DNA from: Tetramitus jugosus
Lineage: Eukaryota; Protista; Heterolobosea
Assembly (NCBI GenBank): GCA_937625935.1
Contig: OW569369.1
Location: 310,001 to 374,000, forward strand
DNA length: 64,000 nucleotides
Reading direction: 5' to 3'
Below the pieces are notes generated by a model that was not told the DNA's origin, searched no databases, and saw nothing but the letters and a program-made list of their open reading frames with translations. How positions within the stretch are numbered: position 1 is the stretch's first letter; every line of letters begins with the position of its first letter. A program made the position numbers and the translations under genes. This document shows positions 47,947-57,380 of the stretch, in pieces.

Positions 47947-50022
47947 ATGAATCAAGAGGAAAATATCCACAAGAGACGCCGAATTCAGCATGACTATAGT
48001 CAGATGGACCCCGAAGAGGATGATGATCTTCAAGAATACGAAGATATCACACATATTGATCAAGAGTTATTGCAGGAACTAACCAACGCAGCAGCAAAGA
48101 AAAACAAGTCAAGAAACACAACAAGAATCAAAGAAGAAGTTCGGTTTGGAAGCATTTTTCGATATCACCGATAAATAGAGATGGTGGAAAAGAAAATGAC
48201 CAAATAATCAAATGCAATTACTGTGATACTTGGTCTGTACTGGAGAGTTGCCGTCACAACTCAACCAGCAATATGCACAGGCACCTTGAAAGTGACCATC
48301 GAGATAAAATGGTCAATGAAAGCAGTATTTCGACACCTGAGTTAATTGTGGACAAGAAAAAACAGTTTTATCTAGATATTGTACGCTTAATTGTTATGGA
48401 GAATCTTCCATTCTGTTTTATCGAAATTCCATATCTAAAACATTTATTTTCGAACAATGGAGTTGAGCATGCTGGAATATCGGCAAAGAAATTGAAAAAG
48501 TTAGTTGAATCAGAGTTCAAGAACTCAAGAGAACAGTTGAAACACTTACTACTTTGTACATGCAATTCAATTGCGATTTCCGTTGATGCTTGGACTAGCC
48601 CACACAATAATTCATTTATTGGTATCATTGGTTCATGGATTGGTCCTGAATTTGAACTTTATGAGCGCGTACTTGATTTTAAATCCATCCAAGGTTGTCA
48701 TACAGGATCCAATATGGCGGAACATGTCATTGAAACGCTTAATGAATTAGATTTACTAACCAAACTACTAACCATAACATCAGACAATGCAAAAAACAAT
48801 GACACACTTTCCAGTTGTTTTTTCACTGAAAACAGCATTGAGGGGTAGACACGATCGAACAATCAGATATCAAGGAACTGAAAGTCTCATTCGTTGTCTT
48901 GCACACATAATCAATTTGGTTGTAAAAGCTATAATGTCTGTCATCAAAGCTGGAGCTCGGAAAGACTCTGAGGATGCAATCAAAAAGTTGATGAAAAATG
49001 AGAAAGTTGGTTCTCTGAGTGCTATCATGAAAGTAAGAACAATGGCATTGTATGGGTGGGGTAGAGGAAGTACGCACAGAAAAAACAAGTGGTTGGAATT
49101 GGTTACATCTGATCAACAAAAAAAGCTCATTGACTATGATGTCGACACTCGGTGGAATTCTACATTCAAAATGATCGATGATGTATTTCGTTTCCCTAGT
49201 GAGTTGAATCGATATGCAACGGATTTGGTCCCTGACCTTTTATGATCAAGTGATGACTGGATACAGCTAACAAACTTGAGGGTGCTTCTGAAAACGTTTG
49301 ACGACTTTACAAACTTTTTATCAACTCAGAAACCACAGATTGTTAATTCACTAGCAGTATATTATGCTCTTCATGACTTGTTAAATGATGTGATCGGCAA
49401 AAGGAAGAAATTTGCAAATTTGACAGATGATTTGGTGAATGCAGTGAAGTTAGGTAAGAAGAAGTATGATAAATACTATTCTCTGATGGATAGCAGCCTT
49501 GTTTACTATATAACAGCTACATTAGATCCTAGAACAAAGGCTATATGGATAGACAAACATTTAAATCAAAATGATAGATTATTTTTGACAAGAGAAGTCA
49601 TCGAAAGAATCAAATTGGAATATAATGTTGAAGATTTAGAAGAGGAAGGTATAGATGATTCACCACCGAGTTCGGATTATAGTTTGAATCAATATACCCT
49701 TCGAAGCATTGAGACAAACAAGGCAGCGTCCGACGTTGACAGATATTACAAAACTGGATCCGTTGAGGGAAGCAAAGAAAAAACAAATTTGGAATTTTCA
49801 TTGGGATGGTGGGGGGATAATCAACAATTATATCCGGTTATGTCTTTAGTAGCAAGAGACTATCTGGCAATACCAGCTGCCACCGTTTCCGTCGAGAGAT
49901 TATTTAACCAAGGTCGCGATGTTATCCAAGTAAGAAGACATTCCATGAAAGATAAAACATTTCGATGGGTCATGCTACTCAAGGATCACTATAGGCACTG
50001 CCACTCCGAGGATATAAAATGA
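47947..50022 (+). pseudogene. hAT transposase with BED finger, disrupted by about 2 frameshifts and 1 stop
   Basis: VWKHF...CNYC...HRHLESDH (BED finger), SVDAWTS, ITSDNAKN, RCLAHIINL, TRWNST, DYLAIPAATVSVERLF. Split over four ORFs, with TGA at 49243. Confidence 0.92.
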
Positions 50023-50072
50023 CACTTGCTACGGAATCAGTTGGAGGTCCACGCTCAACTTGGCCAAAGCAC

Positions 50073-50243
50073 CAATGTGTCAATGTGGGTAAATGTGCCA
50101 ATGTAGGTCTATGTAGGTCTATGTATCAATGTGTCAATGTGTCAATCGGCCAATGTGGATCAATGTGCCAATGCACAATTGAAAACTACAGCAAGGCTGA
50201 TGAATATGTGAAAATGTACCAATGTTGGCCAATGTGTCAATGT
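50073..50243 (+). repeat. Degenerate CAATGTG-type short repeat array inside the hAT
   Basis: Many CAATGT(G) units downstream of the transposase stop. Confidence 0.75.
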
Positions 50244-51096
50244 GTGATGGATGAGAGTGAACAATAATATAATGGGTCGAAGGTGGAAAGACTGTTCTAT
50301 TCAGATAACAAGTAGGGAAGCTGGTTAGAAACCATTGTCAGTGATCGAGCTTGGATCCCAACTCATCGATCAGTGGATACTCATTCCCTAGTTGTTATCG
50401 GGGATATTGTCCAGAATTTCAATCGCCCTTACCCAAGCAGGCGACCTTTCAATATTATCTTCTGTATTATTACGAAGTTTCTTGATGATATCCTTAATCT
50501 CAGCTCTTTCCTTTCCCTTTTGTCTGGGAAATGAGTTGAGGTGAAGTGTGAGGAGTCTCCTCATCTTCTTCTTTTTTCTGTCAAGTTAGAATTACCATTT
50601 CTCGGTCGGTGTGTGTTGTCGAACCCTTGAGCAAGTCTGAGTTCACTCTCGGTCATGAGATACTTCTGTTTGAAATAGATCCAAGCAGTATTATCCACAT
50701 GCCCGGAGTACGTGACCTCTCCTCGAGAAACTAGTTTTTTCGTTATTTTGATTAAAATCACTTCACTGGTTGTGGATGGTGTTTTCATTTGTTGTCTTAT
50801 TTTGCAATTGCTGTTCCAACGGTTGAAATAATGGTCATATGGTTGATGAATCTCAAGAATCAAGAACAAAAAGATTAAAAAAGAATTGAAATATTATATT
50901 TGGTTTATTTGCGAGTCAACTCGATTTGAATCTGATCTCGTATTTGTTTGTTCTCTTTTTTCCTTCAGATTTCGAACAAGCAAGTTTCCGGCGGAGTTAT
51001 TTGCAAATAAATTCGAGTGTATTTGTGCCGAGCCCTACTCATTGTGCCGCTCGCAGAGCGGCACTTGTCTTTCCTTTCAGTAACGCTCGGAGAGCG

Positions 51097-52137
51097 TTAC
51101 TTCTGTTTGTAGTCTTTTGATTGCTGGTAAAGTGTGTGCAAAGTAACGATGCAGCGACTCTTTACCCAACTGACAAAGCTACGTGCCTTGCGAAGGGCTA
51201 ATTCTAACTTCATTCCATTCTTCACCAGTGCATCCATAACCTCATCAAGAGCTTCACTTTCAACGCCCATCATTCCCGAGAGGTACTCCCGACTGGTCTT
51301 CCGGGATCTCGGGAGAAGTACCCCATTTCTGAATACAACTTTGTCAAACCACAAATTCACATTCGATTCTCGATGCAATGGGAGTTTGAGCAGTTTGTTG
51401 TAAACTTCCAACACAAGTTTTCGACGAGCGTCTATAGCACACTTGCATCGGATCAGACAGTGAATGATGGTTTCTGACTCAATACCGCACCTTGGACACA
51501 GATCCGGTTCGTCATCATCATACAAATCATTACACACTGCTCTAGTGTGCAATGTACCGCTTCTGATCTGTGCGTGGAACCATACCAACTTGCGATCTAT
51601 AACAAAGGAGTTCTTGAGAAACTCGAATTGGTTCTTGTGCTCCATTGCGGCAGACTGTAACCACCACTCTGGGTACTGTTCGATTGTGGCCTTTCTTTCC
51701 CTGAAGAGTATCTCTTTGAGATCATCATGGCCTCTGGCGTATTGCCCATTACATCGGATTATGTGCATAAACCCCTTTGGGTGGTGTAAATCCTTGCTCA
51801 TACATTCTGGCATTGCCTTGACAGTGAGTATCAACTCTTGATAAGTTTTTAGACCAAATCCTCTGCCAATCAGTTTTCAGTGCCTCGAAACTTCTGACTT
51901 CGCCCTCTTGCAACAGTTGTTGCTTCTGATAGATTCCCGCTCTACTCAGTAACCTCAATTGCCGTGTAGTTAGGTAATTTGACAAATTACACCCTTCGCA
52001 ACGACTGTATGAGTCGTCAGTGATGATAATTCCTCTCTCGTGCAATCTCGAAGCACATCACTTCATGAAGGAGTGTTTGACGCTGTTGATTCTGTGGTCC
52101 GATTGGAAGACGTTCTCCAGTTGGAACGTTTTGTGTC
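51097..52137 (-). pseudogene. C-terminal fragment of non-LTR retrotransposon ORF2 (post-RT region plus zf-RVT-like knuckle)
   Basis: LSRAGIYQKQQLLQEGEVRSFEAL; RSGTLHT...CPRCGIESETIIHCLIRC. Frameshifted; RT core absent. Confidence 0.82.
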
Positions 52138-52183
52138 CCAGCGAATTTTGCGCAAAATATCAGTGTGAAATTAAACAATATCG

Positions 52184-52257
52184 GCGGTTGTAGATCAGTT
52201 GGTTAGATCGTGAGCTTAACACGCTCAAGGTCGCCGGTTCGATCCCGGTCAATCGTA
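52184..52257 (+). tRNA. tRNA-Val(AAC)
   Basis: GCGGTTG/CAATCGT acceptor, GATC/GATC D-stem, TGAGC-TT AAC AC-GCTCA anticodon arm, GCCGG-TTCGATC-CCGGT T-arm. Confidence 0.96.
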
Positions 52258-52499
52258 TATGTTTTGTCATTCTCGATCTCTCAGCGTCATTTAACTCCAT
52301 TGGTGGGAACGCATAATGGTAACTCCCTCATTATGACCCAATGGCGCTCTACTCAATTGACACTGTCCATCAGGGTCCGATGGAGCTTTACTCACTAGTG
52401 AGACCAGTCCGCTTTTCATTTTTTGAACTAAGCAATTTATGTGGTGTGCTCCTCTTGTATCAATCGTATGCAAGTTTTGAATTTATGCTGTCAACCTTT

Positions 52500-55400
52500 T
52501 TATTTCTCTGCTAAAGAGAGAACAATGTTGTCAAAGAATGAAGGTTCGTTCATTCTTGATATCCACTCCTGTGCTGCCAAGTCATTCGTGTCAATCGCCA
52601 AAATAGAGAGACATATTTGCTGCATGAGAGGAAAGTCTTTCGCTAAGTAAGCTTGCTTTGCTTGGTTGTGCAGATCGCACAGGGTCACCTGCTGAGGGGT
52701 TGCTTCCTCCATGAGGCATAGAACAGCATAGATATGGATGGGCTCTGGCCGGCCGAGGAAACTGACGTGTGAAAGCCACATGCACAAACATCTATCCCAT
52801 ACGTGGTTCAGTGTGTTCTGTCCAATAATTGTTTTCGTACCATAAACTTTGTTTAAGCTTTCAAAGCGAGAGGCAGTGGTTACTCCTTCGCCGAGTGCAG
52901 TGTAGCTGACTCTGCTGGATGAGCCCACATTGCCCACCAAGCACATGTCAGTGTTAATTCCAACACGAATCTCAATCAAAGGATACCCAATGACTTGCCA
53001 CCTGCTATTCAATTCTAGTAATCGTTTGTGGATTCGAATAGCGGCAGACACGGCCTGAAGTTGATGCTGTGGTACGTCATGAGGAACATTAAACAACGCC
53101 ATTATACAATCTCCAATGTACTTGTCAATAATGCCGTGATGTTCTGTAAGAATGGCTGACATTTCTGTGAAGAACTCTTCCAAGATCATAATGAGCAACG
53201 GAGCGTCCAACATTTCAGTGATCGAAGTAAAGTCCTTAATATCCAAGTAGAGAACGGTGATGATATGGGGAGACACTCCCAACTGAACTGTTTCATTCTT
53301 GCGCACCAACTCCTTCACTACAGTGCTGGGCACGTACTTGGTAAAGTTGTTCAGCGCTTTCTGCATTTGACGCATGGAGGATACCATATTGTCAATTTCG
53401 TACAATTTCAGTGTCATGGGCTGCTTTTCCTGCTCAAAGTCCATATTCGCAATTCGTTTCATTTGTTTGGACACTGTTTTCAACGGAATCGTAATCACAC
53501 AGCCTATCAACAGAGCAACGAGAATCGATAGAATAATGACTGAGATACTGACGGCTAGTGTGATAGTATTTGCACGGTCAATCGCACCAGTCACATCATC
53601 CTCTCTCAGCACAACAATCGATATCCAGCTATTGTCCGGAGATTGATACAATCTACTCATGGCCACCAATCTCGTGACACCTCCCGAGTCGTCATACTGA
53701 AATGTGGTGAATCGCCCCACGTTGATCAACGAGTTTTGTGCATAGCGTCTCTGAACTTGCTGAGCCGTTTCTCTGACAACGGGATCCGAATGATTCTGTG
53801 CCTTAATTGGCTCAAAAATATTGGTCGCATTTTCGGTTGAAGCCTCTCCAATGCTGACTCCAATGAGATATCCCTTGGAGGTGATAATCATCACCCGTGT
53901 GTTGGTCGAATTGGCTACCAATTCTTTGAGAAACAAGCTGACTTGATCCACTTGTAGCACGACTGCCGCAACACCTGATCCCTGACCACCCTGATGCAAA
54001 AATGAGGAAGAGAATGCAACTGAAAGATATGTACCACCTGCCATTGATACATACATTGGTGTCCACACTGGTCTGTGATACTTTTTAGGATAAGTGTACC
54101 ACTCTCTGCTCGATATATTATAGTCTTCGACGACTCTCGGTGGTCCATACGTGTTTAACGAATTCTGGTCCAAGTAGTACTGTGATAGGAGGTTCGGATT
54201 GGACTCATCCGACACTGACAGCAAAAAACTGTGATTAATGTCCTTGAAGACTGCAGTGACCACATGAGTATCATCTCGTGCCACCATGAGACCATTAATA
54301 ATCGAATACTGGAGAAAACTGGCAAACACGGAGATGATTCCCTTTCGATCACTCGGATCCATCAGATTGATACCCAATTTCTCTGCTTGTTGCAACTGTG
54401 TGAGCACATTGAGCAAAATTTCAGTTGCTTCTCTACCCTTGGAAACAATGTGATCAGTGATGCCGCCCGTAATGGTCAACTCTGTTCTTCGTGCCACATC
54501 ATTTGTCCCCCGTTTCGTCACAGTAAAATTCGTAATCCAAATGGCGAGACCAGTGAGAGCAACACCCAGTACGAGCATGACAAGAATGACTGTAGAGACA
54601 CTCCAAAATGTTCGATGCAGACACGCACCACAGACCTTTGCTGAATGACGACCATTCTTTGAATACCTATTGCTTCGTTTCTGTTCTTGTTGTGCCGTCG
54701 TTGCATTGTCATTGTTTCCACTGTTATTATTCTTGTTATTTTTTTGGTATTTTTTCCATGGGCGTCGCCATCCACCAAAACTATCATTGTTATTATTGTT
54801 GTTATTTATCATATTGGACATGGAGGCACTAGAGTTACGATTCCCAGGCAGTCCTGATAACCTATGACTTGGATCATTCAAAAAGCTAGTACTAGTAGCC
54901 ATAGGAATCATCATCATATTCGTAGCAGTTGATGCATCATCTGATAGTAAGCTAATGGATGGACGATTCAAAGTGTGGTTCTGCGTGTAGGCACCATTGG
55001 TCGTCGTCGTACTGTTTGAAACAGATAACGCAGCAGATTGTCTCCTCGCTGATGATTTTGTTCGCTTTTGAGAAGAAGAAGAAGAAGAAGAATTGGATGA
55101 TGATGATGATGAGGAAGCAGAGGAGGATGAAGAAAACCATAACCGTCGCCATGATTTTACGTGATCATTTTGTTGTTCGACATCACTTGTTGTTGTTGGT
55201 TCATTATTATTATTGTTATTGTTATTGTTGATGGTTGTTGTTGTTGTTGTTGAGGTAGTGGTAGTGGGAATAGTCATTGTTGGATCGTTCATGCTGATAT
55301 TGGCAGCAGTAATGAGAGAATCATTGTTGCTATTATTCATCGCAACATGATGATGATGATTGTTGTTAGCTTCTATTGTTGTTGATATTATTTCTTGTTG

Positions 55401-55679
55401 TTCATTTGTTTTTGTTGCGGGAAATGAAGTCCGAACAATGTGATTTACGGGGTCCATGTGATCAACTGTTGTTGTTGTTGTTGTCTGCTCAGAGATTAGA
55501 TTCACGAGAGACAATTGTGATGATGTACCACTCACAATGTTATTATCATCATCATGATGATTATTATTATTATTATTATTGTTGTTGTTATTTTGTGGAG
55601 ATGTTGAATTGTTGTGGTCGTTGTTTATATTATCATTCGTGTACTGAGGATGATGATTGTTGGGTTCCGTACTGGTCAT
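52500..55679 (-). CDS. Receptor adenylate cyclase: TM-Cache-TM-HAMP-class III cyclase (bacterial-like catalytic domain)
   Basis: Cache-like REWY...PVWTPMY, HAMP ITIPLKTVSKQMKRIANMDF, cyclase LDIKDFT, IDKYIGDCIMA, YTALGEGVTTASR. Confidence 0.88.
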   Translation of the reverse strand: MTSTEPNNHHPQYTNDNINNDHNNSTSPQNNNNNNNNNNNHHDDDNNIVSGTSSQLSLVNLISEQTTTTTTVDHMDPVNHIVRTSFPATKTNEQQEIISTTIEANNNHHHHVAMNNSNNDSLITAANISMNDPTMTIPTTTTSTTTTTTINNNNNNNNNEPTTTSDVEQQNDHVKSWRRLWFSSSSSASSSSSSSNSSSSSSSQKRTKSSARRQSAALSVSNSTTTTNGAYTQNHTLNRPSISLLSDDASTATNMMMIPMATSTSFLNDPSHRLSGLPGNRNSSASMSNMINNNNNNNDSFGGWRRPWKKYQKNNKNNNSGNNDNATTAQQEQKRSNRYSKNGRHSAKVCGACLHRTFWSVSTVILVMLVLGVALTGLAIWITNFTVTKRGTNDVARRTELTITGGITDHIVSKGREATEILLNVLTQLQQAEKLGINLMDPSDRKGIISVFASFLQYSIINGLMVARDDTHVVTAVFKDINHSFLLSVSDESNPNLLSQYYLDQNSLNTYGPPRVVEDYNISSREWYTYPKKYHRPVWTPMYVSMAGGTYLSVAFSSSFLHQGGQGSGVAAVVLQVDQVSLFLKELVANSTNTRVMIITSKGYLIGVSIGEASTENATNIFEPIKAQNHSDPVVRETAQQVQRRYAQNSLINVGRFTTFQYDDSGGVTRLVAMSRLYQSPDNSWISIVVLREDDVTGAIDRANTITLAVSISVIILSILVALLIGCVITIPLKTVSKQMKRIANMDFEQEKQPMTLKLYEIDNMVSSMRQMQKALNNFTKYVPSTVVKELVRKNETVQLGVSPHIITVLYLDIKDFTSITEMLDAPLLIMILEEFFTEMSAILTEHHGIIDKYIGDCIMALFNVPHDVPQHQLQAVSAAIRIHKRLLELNSRWQVIGYPLIEIRVGINTDMCLVGNVGSSSRVSYTALGEGVTTASRFESLNKVYGTKTIIGQNTLNHVWDRCLCMWLSHVSFLGRPEPIHIYAVLCLMEEATPQQVTLCDLHNQAKQAYLAKDFPLMQQICLSILAIDTNDLAAQEWISRMNEPSFFDNIVLSLAEK

Positions 55680-56291
55680 TTTGTCTATGGTAGTTTTTAG
55701 TTCGGATATGGTGTGGTGCTAGCATGAGTGAAATCAAGGCCAATAGAATTTGGTCCCGGTGTCGCACAATATAAATGATGTCTCTACAATGGTAGTATCA
55801 ACCAATAATGAAAGTGCTTTGGGTTTTTTCTAAGCGGTTTTTTTCGAGCTGAGCTTGATTTGGTGATTCTCTGCGATTAAAGAAAAATGAGAGATTCAAT
55901 TGAGAGACGCACAGAATTATTGGAGAACGAAAGAATAACACAATGATAGGTCAGAGATGAAACAATGTATGTGGTTTTCTTGTGCGAGTTATGTGAATAA
56001 TAGCTGATCCTAGCAACACCAATCTCTGAGTCCTCGCTGTGAGGGGTTCGTTGCCCAGAAGCGAATTTTTCGACCAAAGTTAAAATTGGCAGGTATATCC
56101 GCGGTGGTACTTTTTTGACCAAGTAAAAACGGGTGGAATAATAGTCTCTACAGAATCCCGTTCCGGCGCAGCGGTCGTGCAGGTGTCAAAAGGAATGAGA
56201 GTCGTGCTCGCGTCGAGATTATCTGAACTTACTTTTCTTGTCATTGATCCGTAGGACAATATTGCTCCACAAAAGTAAAGAAGTATCCATG

Positions 56292-57170
56292 CTATTGCGA
56301 TTCGGTTCTACCCGGTTTGTTTCGCTTCCGTATCAATTTGCTCCACAATCTCCGAACTCTCGAGTCGCCATGTTGTTCGGGGCTCTCTGTGCGGTCTTCT
56401 TGTTTGGTCTTTCCTTCTCTCTCCAGCTTTTCTCCGTGATCACTTTCACCACCGAGTCTTGTTGCTTCTTCGTCCATACTTTCAAATGTTGGCAAGGGCA
56501 ATGGACTTCTGTTCAAGATCTGCTCCAACTTGCTGGTATCCAACTCAACAGAATCATCCAAGAAATGAATAGACTCCAAAATACTACCAGCGCTCTCACG
56601 AGAGTTCGTTGTACGATTGCCCGGCGGTTTACATTCAGTAGGAGAGTGACCACCTGTCGCACCTACATCCGTACTGCTGTTCGTCCGACCTTTTCCACTG
56701 ATTCTACTCATGATTCCTGTCTTCTCCTTTTGAACTAGAGGAGTGTGAGGAATGATATTTCCAGAAGTGGAGTTGTGTTTTCCACTTGACTGAATTACTT
56801 GATTGGTTTGATTTGATGTTTCCAAATTATCCCTCCTCTCGACATTATGTTGCTTCGCGTTATCGTTTCTATGTACAAACAGTTGATTGGTATTCGTGGT
56901 GGTTGACCAGTGTCCAAACCGAGAAAAATTGGAGTTGGCTGAGAGTGGCGTCCTCGGTGAAAACGGAGTTTGTTGGAGACGACTGAGATGTGTATGCTCT
57001 TCTTCATCCAACGAAAGAATGAGTTCTGTTGTTGATGATGGTTCGCTTTGTGGTGGTTCCATAATGATCGTGGTGGTGTCTGATGATTCCACATGTCGAA
57101 CATTGCGATGAAACCCTAGAGGAAATGTGTGGACCAGAGAGCTCTTTGGACGGCTGTCACTTGAGGCCAT
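56292..57170 (-). CDS. Hypothetical disordered protein (292 aa)
   Basis: ATG-initiated S/T/E-rich ORF filling the gap between genes; no domain recognised. Confidence 0.5.
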   Translation of the reverse strand: MASSDSRPKSSLVHTFPLGFHRNVRHVESSDTTTIIMEPPQSEPSSTTELILSLDEEEHTHLSRLQQTPFSPRTPLSANSNFSRFGHWSTTTNTNQLFVHRNDNAKQHNVERRDNLETSNQTNQVIQSSGKHNSTSGNIIPHTPLVQKEKTGIMSRISGKGRTNSSTDVGATGGHSPTECKPPGNRTTNSRESAGSILESIHFLDDSVELDTSKLEQILNRSPLPLPTFESMDEEATRLGGESDHGEKLEREGKTKQEDRTESPEQHGDSRVRRLWSKLIRKRNKPGRTESQ

Positions 57171-57380
57171 GATCTGATTGGTTGACGTGGGAGGTGTGGC
57201 TGATGTTGGAGAAGATCTGAAATTGCGTTTCGTGGGAGCTCATCAAAAGATTTTATCTTCAAACTTGATCGCAACAAAAAATCTCACTGTTGAGATTACA
57301 AAAATTTATAGGAAGGACCAAAACGGGTAATGGTACTTCCCGCACATGATGACGCCTGACAAGTAAGAGGACATGGTTGC

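Larger units (their letters stand above)
47809..51037 (+). mobile_element. hAT DNA transposon (3229 bp) nested in the retroelement 3' UTR
   Basis: 15-bp TIR TAGGGCTCGGCACAA (47809-47823, 51023-51037). Perfect 8-bp TSD CTCATTGT (47801-47808, 51038-51045). Confidence 0.95.
47732..52137 (-). mobile_element. 5'-truncated non-LTR (L1/Tx1-like) retrotransposon, about 1.17 kb excluding the nested hAT
   Basis: 16-bp TSD, poly(A) at 47740-47732, AATAAA at 47768-47763, and an ORF2 C-terminus with a zinc knuckle. Confidence 0.88.

Noticed and set aside
50073-50243. CRISPR-like array
   Set aside because: Short degenerate microrepeats without spacers, inside a eukaryotic hAT.
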